A stretch of DNA of 64,000 nt from Lepidodermella squamata (taxonomy: Eukaryota; Animalia; Gastrotricha), in the NCBI GenBank assembly GCA_047495785.1, contig JBLDXI010000031.1, forward strand, positions 992,001 through 1,056,000. The letters run 5' to 3'. Below, piece by piece: positions 1 to 13,667 of the stretch. Below the pieces are notes generated by a model. The model searched no databases, was not told where the DNA came from, and worked only from the letters and a program-made list of their open reading frames with translations. Position 1 is the stretch's first letter. Each line of letters begins with the position of its first letter. The position numbers were made by a program, and so were the translations under genes.

Positions 1-300
1 TTGTGCGAGCACCCATGTAGTGTTCCTGGCAGCCGAGTGTTTCGTGAATTGCCTTTTTTCGATGCCATGCAATCAAATGGATATGATCTGTATTATTTCG
101 GCGATTATTTCGGCTGAGGCGCCCGAAGATGAATGACACGCCTGCTGGCAATCATTCTTTATGCTCTATGGTTGTTACATGCCCAACGATGCCCGCCATG
201 GTAGTACTTCCTGAAATAATCCCTATTCTCACGCTTGAAGGTGATTTCGTCTATTGGCAGGGTGCAGGGTGCTTTTGTTGATTGCTTAATGCAAACCATT

Positions 301-970
301 ATGGCCAAACATTTGACTCAGGACTCGTTTACTACAGGTGGCAATGACACGAAGAATGCCTGGGACAATCGTGATTCATCGGTAAAGTTACTGTTGCTTC
401 ATCAACTGGAGCCCGAGCTCCATCATCTCATTACACCCAATAATACGGCTAAGGGTAGGTGGGAGGCGTTGAAAGCATATTTCGACACCCAATCCATTGC
501 CCGGAAGTACCGTGCAATAGAGTCTCTATAGACGATACAGATGGGACATCTTACTCCGGAGGGACAAGTCTGAGCTTTCACTAAGTCCGTTGAGGCTTCA
601 ACGAAGGCCGGATGCACCACGGACGATTTTACCATGTCTTGTATTTTCTTGCGAGGCTTGCCCGGTATCTACACCCAATTCAGAAACGGTCAGCTTAAGC
701 AAACGTCTTTGACGCTAACAACCGTCCGGACGGAGACGAGTCATCGTCCCCCGCTCTGGCGAACGTGACGCTTTTACAAGGTACTGCCTCCGCCCCAAGG
801 CGCGATAAGAACAGGCAGGTACCGAGGAGAATTGCTCACAGCGCGCGCAAGGACTCAAGACCACCTTGTAGTAAGTGCGCAGAGAGTGGAGAGACCACCT
901 ACAACTGCTACAAGCACCGCCGCGAGGCAGTTACCTGCATTTGTTTTAAGAGGCAAGGCATACTCAAACG
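301..970 (+). mobile_element. Degenerate Ty1/copia-type gag relic, in the intron after PRCP exon 1
   Basis: Translation WDNRDSSVKLLLLHQLEPELHHLITPNNTAKGRWEALKAYF...FLRGLPGIYTQF fits the copia gag (UBN2-like) pattern, with in-frame stops. Decayed zinc knuckle CSKCAESGETTYNC at about 866-908. No LTRs seen. Confidence 0.7.
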
Positions 971-1607
971 GATTAGCGCCCTACGCATGGGTCCGGTTAA
1001 AATGTTCCGCCCAATTAAATTTTCTGATTAAAATCGATAAAAGCAAGAATAAGTTTGGTTCTTATCTGATCGATGGGACTTCAAAGAATTCAACTTGAAT
1101 CATTAGGCAACTCGAGCACAAATTATCCTTATAATATTATTAACTAGTTCAACTAGAACTACACCCTGGAATATGTTTCGAAAACAAAAAACTAATCGGC
1201 TATACGGCTGATCTGGTCAATGACTAGCACGCATGAATCGCATTGCAAATACGTTCGCCCTCAATGGAACGGTTGTACAAGTTCAGGCATTGACTGACTC
1301 GATGATAGCAGGCACACGCGTACCTGCCCATCGGCGAGTATTCGCACGGGTCAGCTTCGGGCGAATTAAGAAATATTAAGAAAAAATTTCAGATTATATG
1401 CCAAATAGGCAGTTGAACAACATTGTTCCTCATTTATACCAGTTAATTTTCATGCTGATTCACGGTTAACTTATAATGAAGTTTTTTGCCACTTTTCCTT
1501 AATTAAATCATTAATTAGTTAAATCTGCCGATTTAGATTATTTAAAATTAATTAAAACAGAAAATTAATTAATTTCTCAATTTCACATTAGAAATTCAGA
1601 ATCTTAC

Positions 1608-2208
1608 CATCGACAACATCCGGGTATTTCATACGCATCCAAGACGCCAACATGCCGCCATAGCTGCCCCCGAAAACGATGACCTTCGAATTTTCCGCCC
1701 CGTCCCAGTTCGCCTTGATGTACCGAATCAGCATAGCGTAGTCGGCCATGGCCTGGTCCGCCGAAAAATACGCCAAATTAGCCCGGCTCGCATACGCATC
1801 CTTGCCGAACGGCTTCGAATCGCCGTAGTAGCGATGCTCAGCAAAGACAACCAGACCGCCGAGAACAGGCGCCAAGTCCCACAATTGACCGGAATTTTCG
1901 ACAAACAACTCGATAGCACCTTCATTTCCGGCGTAGAACAGGATTGGTCCGCCCTTTTTCCAGTCTTTCATCGAATACAACACCTTCTGCGAGTAGGTTG
2001 CGTCTGAACCAAAGCCGAAATTATCAATTCGTTGATCGATGTACGTTGTTTCGTAATCGTATTTTCGAGGAGACGATCTCAGTCGATTCAAGTTTCGAAA
2101 ATCAGGGTGGCCAGAATATGGCCGTTTCGTGTAAGGACTCATCGGCATAATCGAAAGCGCTTCATTGCAAAAAATTGCAAAAACCACAGCACTGATAGTT
2201 AGCCTCAT
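1608..2208 (-). CDS. PRCP: Lysosomal Pro-X carboxypeptidase (peptidase S28), first coding exon; rest of gene beyond the left edge
   Basis: Signal peptide; motifs PILFYAGNEG, AEHRYYG, GGSYGGMLASWMRMKYP (nucleophile elbow). Donor G|GTAAGA at 1608/1607. Confidence 0.9.
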
Positions 2209-2668
2209 TATTTTTGCATAAAAAATCTAAAATAAAACAAGAAAAATTAGTTAATTGCAAGAATACACGCGATATATTATAGGTTAATCGAATGATAAAA
2301 TAAAGATGCTCAAAGTCAAATTAGGATGGATCACAGTTTTTATCACGGGTATAACATGTCGAATGTTTCATCATCATTTGAAGAAGCTTGAATAAATATT
2401 ACAGAAAAATAATTATGCAGAATAAAGGCAGAATGAAGGCAGTTATCAATATAATCATTTTTGTTTATCCTGGTCCGGTAAAGCGGCGAGCCAAAATAAA
2501 GCAGAACTTTATATCACCACAGCAAGAAAAATCACGGCACAAATCGATCAAAATGAAGGATTTTTTTTACCATTTTTTTGAAGTTTACAGCAATTAAGAA
2601 AAATCACAACAAGCCATTCAAATCGGGTCAAATAATTAGAATTATGGTCAATATTTTCCATAAAGCAT

Positions 2669-5600
2669 TTAATTGCCAGTGGGCCAAAACTTCACCAAGT
2701 ACTTGATGACAATTTGCTTCGTATCTTTGACAATATACTCGGCGTAGTTGCTGTAGAGGATTCGGCCACTGTTCGGCGGCGGCGTAGCCAGACCGCCGTA
2801 TGGAATTTTCACATCCCCTGGCAAAATTCCGCAGTAACGCTGATCGGGAAGTTCGCTGTAAGATGCGACGATCGTATTGCAGTCTGCAGCAGTCGGCCCG
2901 GTTGCGGTTTGCGGGCAAAATCCATTGTACACGTTCAAAGCAACTGTGCCCAGGGCGACGTCACAAATCAGCATATAAGATGGCTTATTGCCAAAACCAT
3001 CGCAATAACTAACACTTTTCGCAAAAGTATCCGCAAAATAAATGCCATCGCCGTGAATTTGCCCGGTATGTTGAATGCCCTCGGGGCTCGATTGCAGCCC
3101 AGCACTCAAAATTCCGAGTAGATTTTGCAATTTCGTCCCGTGGAATAGCAACTTTCTATTGCCTAGCTTCAATTTCTGCTGCTGTTCAACTTCCTTGGGT
3201 CGATCTAGTTTATAAATTGCCTCGATAAAGCCCTTAGGACTTTTTTGGACCCAACTCGCGGAGATGTACCGCAGAATATTTTGGCCCTCATCCGATTGAG
3301 GATCCAAAAATTTAACGCCCATTCCGATTGAATTTACGATATAATCGCAGGGGTTACGATTTTTCGCCTGTTCAGCCGCGAGAAGAAGTCGCGTTCCGGC
3401 TTGAAAGTTCAACAAAACGTCAACCTTCTTCAATTCGTTGTTGATTTCATGCGTTTGCGCCAGCGGGTAGATTTCACAGTACGCAAAACCAGGACGAGGC
3501 ACAATGTGGAAATACTCCTCGGATAGTCGAGCGATTTTTTCGTGAATTTCCAGCGCTGAACCCACATTTTTATCGCGAACTCTGCTGTCACGCGTCGTCA
3601 CAACTTCGTGCAGTTCCTTCAATATTCTCTGGGCATCGCTCAACGCTTTCGGGGCAATCAGGCCAAATGGCGTCAAATACACGTTGCTAAGGCGCCGGAA
3701 AATCTCGCCGCTGTTGATGCCATTCAACGCCTCTCCAACAATACATTTCACGAGTTCGTACTCATTTTTCGACAAACTCGTCGGTTTGTCATCGAATTTC
3801 AAATCGAATTTCACCGAGATCAGCTGGCTGAATTTATCCGGCCTGTCCAGGGTGACTAGACGGTACTTTCGGGGCAGAACTTTAAACCCGTCCTTCGCCA
3901 TTTTCTTCCAGTCATTTCCGGATTTTTGCTTGAAAATTTTGCAAAATTCCATCTCGGCCTCGGTGAACAGCTTGAAGGGCGTTTGTTGGTACATGCCTTC
4001 GGTACCAATTCGGCCCCAACGCGTGAAAACCACGTATAGCCCGGTGTTTTTCATTTGAATCAACTGCAACTGGTAGAAATTGTACTCGGTCCAGCCACTC
4101 GCGTGAAGGTCGACCTTAGTCATCAAGGCATCATACGGTCGTTTCGTATCCACCTCAACAACGATTTTGCTGAAGGCGTGCGATGCGAAATATTTATTAG
4201 GAACAAGGTCTTGCTCCGGGTCTGGTTTCTCGCGCTTCCGCTTCTGCTCGGCTATTTTCTCCATTTTCGCCATCCAATCCTCCGAAACTTGTTCGACTTC
4301 GTGTTCAAGGGCTCGGGTAGCCTTCGATAAGCTCGACTGACTTCGCCCGAATTTCGGATCTTCAACCAGCTCCTGTGCGGTCTTTCCGGATTTATTCTTC
4401 ATTGAAACGAGTTTCGGTTCCATTTTCGCCAGGCAACGAGCCATGAAGCGACTTTCGATCGAATTGCGATACGGGCTGATAGCGACGGCTAGGTGGTAGA
4501 CCGTATTTCCGGACGAATTCAACGTGGCTAGCAGGTCAACTTTTCGGTCGTTAGTCGTTTCTTCAACGTGGTCCAGGACAGAAAAGTCGACCTCGCAGCT
4601 TCGATTCATACGCGTCGGGAGTTGGACGTAGTTAAATGAGAAGTTTTTCGGCAGCAGGTAATGAAGTTTCGCATCGGGGGCTTTTTTTACCGAGGATTGT
4701 TTCTCGGTCAGCGCAGGCGGAGTCGCCTTTTTCGGACGGTTCGAATGATGTTCCTCTTCCTCATCATCATCATCATCGTCGCTGCTTGATGAATTGTTAT
4801 CTAAAAAGAAAAATTTTATTGCATTATTTTGAAAGTTGTGTCGTGTGCCAAGTGAACAACCTCGATTCAGGATTCCAGGACTAAATTTGAGACTTAAGCA
4901 ATGGATTTTCCGAAAACATGATTCGAGCTACACGCCTTCAACAGAATCTCAAATTCTTTCGGTATCAAGCCAAATTTCAGTCTTATTAAGTCTAATTCAG
5001 CCTACGGAGCCGATATCGATATCAGCCAAATTTTGATTTTACACATCAGCGATTTTTTCGATATCAACCCATGAAAAAATGATGATTTTCTGCGTAGCTT
5101 GGGGTCAAAATAAACAATCCGCGGTTTAGAGAGGTCATCAGTATCGATAAAAAACCAAAAAAGCCGAACTCAACAAATAAGCAGTTTTAGTGCCGAAACT
5201 TTAGTAGTGCTTATATTTAGACCGTATTTTGAACCCTCAATGTAAAATTTACGAAACCACTAGGAATTTACCATTATGACCGCCAATCTTCGGCGCGGGC
5301 GGAGTTGGTTTCGTCGGGCGGTTCCACAGCGGTACCACTTCGGCATCATCATTGCTGCTGGATGAATTGTCATCTTGAAGGGAAAAATTATCATAACGAT
5401 ATTTTGCGCGCCCGCGGTAAAATTTAGAAGAACCATTCTTAGAAAATAACCGTCAATTTTCGAAAAAGCCGGTAATTTCATCCGCGTTCGATTTCATTAC
5501 AAAAAATGAACTGAATCGCTTCTCAACTAACAACCCAATAACCCTCTTTTAACACGGTTGTAATACCGTCTATAATGACTATCGGCATCGGAACCTCTGG

Positions 5601-8600
5601 TTTTTCGGTGCATGAAATTGAATAGATTCTCATTATTTTTGCAAATATTATGTTAATACAATTTAAATTTTTTACCTTCTTCATCCTCGTCCTCGGCCGG
5701 CTCGGGTTGATTGAATAAACTGCCGGCTTGGAAGGTCGACAAGACAGTTCCAGTTCCAGCACCAGCAGCAGCATTACGCAGCCGACCTTCCCGCTGTTCC
5801 TTTTCCTTCTGAATGAATGTCTCCAGCTCTCGCGGCGTCATGTGATAGCCAGCCTCGTTGAACGGCAGCAAGAATCGAAGAACCAGCCGCTCGTGGAATT
5901 TGACATCATGCACATCGTACTTCTCATCGACAACCGTGCGGCTGAGCAGCGAAATGAAACATTCGGGCGAATTCGCGATAACAGCCGCCATAATCGGGGT
6001 CAGCCCATCCGCGCCTTTGACGTTTACTAAAGTGCCGACTTTGAGTAGGGTCCACACCAGCTGGTAGTGGCAACTTTCGACCGCTCGAATCAGGCAAGTC
6101 GACGCCGTTAAATCCGGGTATTTTTCGAAGTAATTGCCGCGTATGAATGTCCACTTAGAGGTAGCGGGCGATGCGGCATGTTTCATTGGCGTAAAATTGA
6201 CAACTGCATTGTTTTCGTCTTTCTCAGCCACGAACGGAAAGAGATCGCTAAAATTAAGGAAACAACAAATTATTTCGTAATAGGAAAATATTGTTATAAT
6301 TTATAACTAGTATCGCGGTGTGAATTCATGAGAATGTTTCTTCTAATCGAGTCACTGTCGAAGTTTTTGATCATTTTTGTATATTTCAAGGATATTTTAA
6401 GCTTACACGATGCGATCAGCAGCTGTTTGGTTGGCCAAATTCCAAAAAAGCGCATGAACAGGGCTGCGGCCGAAATTATCCGACGCTCTCTTCACATTCC
6501 CCTTCGATTCTTTGACGAAAAATTGCACGAGGACTTTGTGTTGGTTCAAACAGGCGTAGTGCAGCGGAATGCAGCCGTAGCCATCCTTCGCGTTGATGTC
6601 ACATCCAAGGCTCTGCAACTCTTTACCAACTTTCAGGACCTAAGAACCCATGAAGAATTAATAAATGAAAATAATAATATAAGTCAATATTGGCTGAGAA
6701 ATTGAATTCTTCGAATAAAAAAATAAGAAAAGTAAACACAATTTTCAATTTTAATCTGGAATATTAATTTTGATACAAATTAATTTACTAATTTATTTCA
6801 TTACCTCGTCAAATCGATGAAAATGAGAAAGAGTTAAAACGTACCAAATCTTCATTCTTAGCAGAATTGACAGTTGCTCCAAGAGCAAATAGATGAAATA
6901 GATTGCGGCCATTCGCGTCATTTTTCGCCTTGATGCGCTGCTTCAAATCCGATTTCAGCTTAGCCCGATCGATCAAACTCAACGCCAAATTGTATGTCGC
7001 AACGCCAAGGGACGAGGCGATCAAATCGAACAAAATCATCTGGTCTTTATCCATAAGAATATCGATCAACAACGACGTCAAACCCTGCCATTGCAGCTTG
7101 ATAACAGCTGAAAATAGGTCAATACGAGCCGGGTGGCCCAATTTAGCAGCTCGTCTAGCTAATCTCTCATTTTCCCATTCAATTGCTGGTTTATTCTCGA
7201 CGTCATCTGAACTGCTATCATCCTCGTAATTAGCGACGGTGACTTTGCTCAAATCAGGCTTCGACTGGACTAGGACTAACACGACTGATTTCCTCGCGTT
7301 TTTAATCGCCAGGGACAACGGGGTGTCACCATTTTTGTCTACGGCATCAATTGAAGCGCCACGGGATAGGAGTCGCAGGCAGCATATCGCAGCGCCACAA
7401 GCCGCGGCGTAGTGAAGCGGGGTGCGGCCAATCGCGTCTCGCACATCAACACTCTGCTTTGCGGTCAAAGTCGCTAGTAACATATTCGTCAAATCCACAG
7501 GGTCAGTTTGTTCCGTAATCATCGTAGGCTCGTCTTTCGTGTTTGCAACGGTCAAGTACAGCCAATGCAGCGCAGTCCTGCCTTTGTTATCAACCACTGA
7601 ATGGCAATTTGCGCCTCTGTAGACAAGGAATTGCTCGATGTGGTTAGCTGAATCAACGTGACGTTTATTCGTCCCGATAGCTAACATTAGCAACGAACGG
7701 CCGAGATTGTTCTGATAGTTCACGTTGAAATCACCCAGCGATTTCACGGCCAAGGTTTCCAAGCATTTCAATCGCTCATCAACGTTCAAATCACCGAAAG
7801 AGCAAATCAACCCGCCAATCGAATCGTTCGTTTCAGGGACTTTCGACTCCAAATTCGTGGCGTTTTCAATCAAAATTTTGACTATTTCGAGCTTTTTATT
7901 CACAGCCGCGAGCAGTAATGGTGTTAAAGTCGGCTCCTTTTTCGAGACAAGATTTAAATCTGCCCCTAATTTGAGCAGAAATTTCAGAACATCAGCCGAG
8001 CCTTTAGCTGCTGCGGTCAAGGCCGGCGTGTACCCCATCGAATCGTACAAATTCAAATCTGGGGTGAATTTCGTCAAGAAATCAAGAGCTGGCGTGGCGT
8101 ATTGAGGGAACAACAAGTTATGCGCAAAAGTTGTGTGGTTGTCGTCGTTGTTCGATGCATCTTCTTCGCTAGACTGGTCGTCACTTGAAACTGAATCGCT
8201 TCCTGCATTATCCTCCTCAACCTCCTCCACTTCCGGCGGCTCTTCATCAACAACCATACCGTCATTTGTCGACGTTACAGTCGATACACTCGAACGTCTC
8301 TTCGCGACTCGGTTCTCTAAATCGTAAACTGAATCCGCCTTAATGTCACTGCCGAAGTCAACAATTAACCGGCGCATGAATTCCGGACCCTTAGCTACCC
8401 AATCCTTGTATTCCTTGGTTTCTTTACCGTGACTGCACGAGCTGGACGCATAGGCAGAACTCGCGACTATCAGCGGCGTCTCGCCAGCTGCATTTCGAGC
8501 TTTCACCATCGCTCGAAGTGGATTCTTATCAATCTTCCGCTTCAGCTGGTCGAGAATCGGACTCTGGTCTCTGTGCATGCAATTTCTCGCCAAATTGTGG

Positions 8601-11600
8601 AGCGAATTCGACCGATCAGCCGGGTCAGGTTTCGTACTCAGCTTGCCGCCGTGATTGAGCAAAAATTCAACCAATCCAGAGTGGCTGTTTTCAATCGCGA
8701 CATTGACCGGGGTTCGATTACCCGCCGCCTCCGCGCTAGGCGAACAGCCGTGATCAACGAGTAATTTCGCCATATTAAGGCGAATTTTTTTATATTCTTC
8801 ATATTGGGCAGGCATTACTGAAGATTGAGTCGACGCCAAGAAATGAAGGGCATTGCACCCGTAAATGTCGACAACCGAACAATCAGCTTTCATTTGAACA
8901 ACCAAAAATTCGAGCTGGTCGTACAGGCGCTGGGTGACCGGAGCTTGGCATGTCAAAATAACCAGAGTTCGGCCGTTTTTATCCCGGAAATTCACATCAG
9001 CCCCGGGGCGTTTCAGCATCTCCCGGGTTATACCGATGTGGCCCTTGAGGAATGAAACCGCTAACGGGGTTACGTTCCAATCGTTTTCTACGCTAAGATC
9101 AGCCCCGGCTTCAACCAACAGGTTGAGACAGTCTAGCCAGCCGTAAGCCGCCGCGTAATGGGCCGCTCGATTGCCGGATGTATCAGCCGGATTCGGGTCG
9201 GCGCCTTTTCGCAGCAAATACGCAGTTATATGGGTGTGGCCATTCTTCACCGCGAAAATCAGGGCATTTCGATTTTTCCGGTCTTTCCGCTCAATCAAAG
9301 CCCCGCATTCTTCAATCAAGTATTTGACAATCTTGAAATGACCACGTTGGGATGCGACCATCAAGGCAGTTTTTTTCTCACTTCCCGCCGCGAAATCGAC
9401 ATCAGCCCCGGCTTTCGCGAGTAGCTTTACAATGTCGAGATGGCCGTTCCAAACTGCGTGATGCAAGGCGGTTTTCCCGTCTCGACCGGCTTTATTAATC
9501 GCGCAGGGGCCGTATTTTGAAATTATAGCCGTCGAAGCTAGGACGGGTTTCTTTTTGCCACCTTCGCCGTCTTCGTCTTCGTCTTCATTTTCTTCATCCT
9601 CGTCCTCGTCTTCTTCGGTTTCGTGCTCTTCTTCCCCGTCGCCCTTTTGCGCATCCTTGTCCTTGTCCTTCGCAGCCTGTTGAAGCAACAGCTCGACATT
9701 GGCAGTTCGACCAGTCATCGCCGCGTAAATCAGCGGTGTTTGCCCGTTCGAGTCGGGTTCAATGTAGGGAACAGCGGCTTGCAGTAGGACTTTCAACGGG
9801 CCAGTCGATTCGCAGACGGCAGCGAAGTGAATCGGACGCCGGCCGCGTTTATCTGTGATGTTGTAGTCGGGCGAAACGCCGAGGAATGTTTTCAGGAAAT
9901 TCGCGTTCGGGTTGATTGCGGCGCAGTGCAGCGGCGAGATGTTCATCGTTCGCATGGTTTTCTTAGTGACAGATGCAGCTCGGATATTTCCAAGTTTTTG
10001 AACGCTGTAAATGCAAACACAAAAATTAGACAATTTCAATAGAATGCTCGATTGTGAAAGTTCAACTCGAATTCAACGACTTCTTAACATGGAGGAATAG
10101 AAATTACGTTTATACCGTGGTATCAAAAAGTGCAAAAAGATGCTTTGGAAGAAAAGCGCCACGATCACGAATTTTGAAGGCCTAATTAATGCTACCCACA
10201 CCATCATCGCTCTGAGCAAACGGATGCTTCATCTAGGCGATAAGTAGGTGATAGAAGGTCGATTTAACAACGACCACGTTGAGCAATTATTCTCCCAGCT
10301 AGTGGTGGAAATCGTCAATCGTTATTCTCTATCATTCTAACATTTTCAGCACGATCAAATTATTCGGGTTTCATTACTATTCGATTGTGAAACATCGAAG
10401 CAGGCGACTACGAGCTCTAGTTTGAAGCATGCTAGTTCGAAGGTTAAGCTGAATACTGTCAAAATTTACAGAGCTTCTGGAAGGCTGGCTAGCGCGTTAC
10501 CCGAAGGTAGGTATCGCGAAGAGGCGAAGGTGCGTTCGAGCTCGATGATTCTTATGGTTCTCTCGCCATCGTGTACTCCTTTCCCAGTCCGTCATTCGAA
10601 GCCCGCTTCCAGAGTTAGTGGGAGCAAGCAGTTTAATCCAGCTTACTTCTAGATCCCCTAGATCCAGCTTTCTCGATACTACATGCTGGCATGGCACCCC
10701 AACTGAATTCCTACTTTCGATTGGTTTCAAGCAATCTGAAGTGTACCTGTGCGTTTTCATCGGTTTGAACGTCATTCTTATGATCTACTTTTATGACACG
10801 CCGATTCAAAATCTACGCGGTCTAGGTTCAGCTTTGTAACTGAACTATATGGATCTGAGTAGCTGCGCCTAGAGCACCAAATTGACCTTATTCTTTGACT
10901 GGAAAAAGACAATTAGCTCACTCGCCTCTTTTGCCAAGACTTCTCCTGCTTTTTCATTGGACGAACCACACCATTCAATATGATTTAAATAGAAAATTAA
11001 GAAACTGCTCTTTCGTGTTTTTTTACCTACTTTTCTTTATACCGTGGGTCTTCCTATTACCGGAACCAAATTAACAGTGAACGGAACCAAATTTGCTGTA
11101 GCGGAACCAAATTTTAGAATTTTCTAGTGGCTTGAAATCGCTTTTCGGATATTTATTGCATGCCAAAATTGGCCCCAATAATTCTAGAAAATTCACCAGT
11201 GAATTCAGCGCAACATTCTCTATAACACGCAGTGTTCAATTCAGAATTCATGCTTAGCCTAAAATTCTTAGAAATATTCAAAAAATGACTCTCGGCATAT
11301 TTCGAGTTTGGTTCCGCAAAAAGGAAATTTGGTTCCGCTACAGCATATTTGGTTCCGATACAGCAAATTTGGTTCCGCTCACTGTAAATTTGGTTCCGCT
11401 GAAAGATATAGATCCCTTATACCGTCAGCGGAGTTAACGGCCTGAGCGAACGCCTATTAGATTTAGTAATCATTCGGATGTTCGCCGGTCACCAAAATGA
11501 ATTTTTATTAATTATTTTGCTTTTATTATCTCAGAAAAAAATATTTTAATGTAAATTTGCGGAAAAGGAAATAGGGATTTGCCGCCGACCAAGACCCCCA

Positions 11601-13218
11601 AAATTGCCCAAAATTGCGCAACTTTGGGGGTCCTCAGGCATTTTTTGCTATTCGAGTCCATCCCAAGCCGACGCGTTAGGTTTGAGACCCCAAGTGTTTA
11701 ACCTCGTTACTCAGAATTTCATGCTCTACAAGGTGGTACCAATATTTTGCGGATATCCGAAAGTTGATTTTTTTAGTATCTTGGGTGGCTTTCTGATCAA
11801 TAGAATAGATTCAATACAAAAAAATTCAAACATTCATTAAAATGGTTTCGACTTGAAGTTTGACCTGAAATGATAATAATAACTTACTCAGTATGAGTGA
11901 GAGCTCCAACATGCAGGTAGTTGAACGTGTCAATAGCCGATCGTTTGGCAATTTCCATCAGCTTACCAGCAAGCTCCCAGTGGCCATGAATCATCACATA
12001 ATCGATTTTTTGAATCAGCTCGTTGAAAATATTCGACGAATTATACTGCCGGCCGTAATTCACCCGACCATAACGGTTGACTGACACAGATTGCTGTGAC
12101 TCGTCATCCTCTTCATCGTTACCATCCGGGTTGTTATAGACCTTGACAATCGACAATGGAATGCGATGCTGCACAACAAGTTCAGCCAAATCTAAATTGT
12201 GACCAGAACCATCATCGTCCTGGGTCAACGCATTCAGCCCCTCGCGACCCCCGCGGGACATCAAAACGTCACGGATAACTGGAATTCCGAGAGATCGGAA
12301 ATTGTACGTTCCAGACGAGACACTCTGCAACATTGGCTGTTCCAGGGCGGCTCGTTTTTTCGGAGTTGGCGAATTCAACTCTTTCGCCAGGGTTTTTATC
12401 ATTGGCAAATTTTGTTTGATCAACGCCAATTCTATGGCCGTTTCGTCGCAATCGACTGATCTCGGCACTCGCAATGACGGGCATTTATTCGCGTCGTTGA
12501 TAAGCGCCTGTACCTGCTTCACATCGCCATTCAACACGGCTTTAATCAACAATTTCGATGAAACAATGCCAGAAATCGTGTGGTTCTGCGGGCCAGGTAG
12601 AAACCCGTGGTCATTTTCCGGCAACAGTTTTATCGCTGGATTTTCTTTCAATTCGTCGTTTGGAATTACGTAATTTTTCGGTAATCGCTTTGGTTTTTTC
12701 GGTTTTTCCTTCTTCGCCCTTTTCATCGCTGGTTTCTTCTTCGATTCAGTCTTTCGTTTTCGCTGTTTAGGGCTCGGTGGTTGGCTCTCGGCGGTGTCTT
12801 CGCCGTCAGAAATTCCACTCGATTCTGAACTCTCCTCCAATTTATCACTCATGATTCTCCGTTTTTCTTTATTCGATAATTGAAATTTTTCCGAACCTAG
12901 GGGTGTTAAATCCACCTCGCCTATGATTGTTTTGACACTGATAGAATCTGCATAGTCGAGTTTGTAGCTGCCTGATTTTGTGACTTTGGTCAGCCATCGA
13001 ATGTCGAGATCTTCCGAGTCATCTGTAGACTCAAGCCACAGAACGCGGCGAGCCCTAGCGAGGTAGAATCCATCTGGATCGTCTTCGGTTTTGACGGCTA
13101 TGAAGACCCAGGCTTCGGAGTTGGCAGTTGTCTTGGGCGGGCGTTTCGGGGGTGAGGCTTCGTGGATGAAAAAATCAGGAGCGGCTCGTTTCCGCTCAGG
13201 CATTTTCGTGCGAACCAT
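2669..13218 (-). CDS. Ankyrin-WGR-PARP (PME-5/tankyrase-like) paralog 1, about 2509 aa. Exons 11888-13218, 6845-10004, 6407-6639, 5676-6247, 5272-5373, 2669-4800
   Basis: Many ankyrin repeats (TPLHYAA, TALHHAV), WGR motif FTRWGRIG, PARP regulatory helices, catalytic H-Y-E triad (LFHGT, GIYFAD, YAEYIV). All GT/AG junctions are phase-compatible; total 7530 nt. Confidence 0.92.
10140..10312 (+). mobile_element. P-element/THAP9-type transposase C-terminal relic
   Basis: FEGLINATHTIIALSKRMLHLGDK*VIEGRFNNDHVEQLFSQL, then frameshifted GGN; matches the Y-x-L-T-x-R-F-x-Q-D-x-L-E-x-x-F-x-x-x-R-x-x-G-G motif. Confidence 0.7.
11046..11416. mobile_element. MITE/foldback element with 9-bp TSD (Mutator-like)
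   Basis: Direct repeat TTATACCGT at 11037-11045 and 11417-11425. Inverted termini built of CGGAACCAAA subrepeats. Paralog 2 shows the empty site near 26475. Confidence 0.85.
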
Positions 13219-13667
13219 TGCGGTTGAGGTCCGTTATTTGAGGTATCTACAGAATATAAATAATTTAAATTCGTTTTTAAGCTGGGTTTCTCCCGAAAAT
13301 TCAACCAAAATATGACTCTTAGTAACCATCTTAACCAGGCATATTATTTTGATGCTAAAGCTTGCTAGGAATTCTGGGCGGAAGTAAGGCAAGAATTGAT
13401 GCCATCGGACCATCGAAATCCTCGAGTTTTATGCTCAACGAGATCAGGTATGTTTAAAACGAAATGTAATGGACTCAATTAAAAATGTCTCTTAGTATTC
13501 CACGCGGTATATTAATAAGTACTGTTTATTATGTAAAAACTTACCTCTTTCACTCTTGACTTGCTTGCACCAGTGACAGACAACAATTCATTAAATAGCT
13601 AACCTCAGTATTTTTGCATTAAAATCTAAAAAATATACAAGAAGAAATTAGTTAATTGCAAGTATAC

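Noticed and set aside
11060-11400. CRISPR-like array of GGAACCAAA repeats
   Set aside because: Eukaryotic intron; repeats are inverted at the two ends with very short, similar spacers and a TSD, so this is a MITE.
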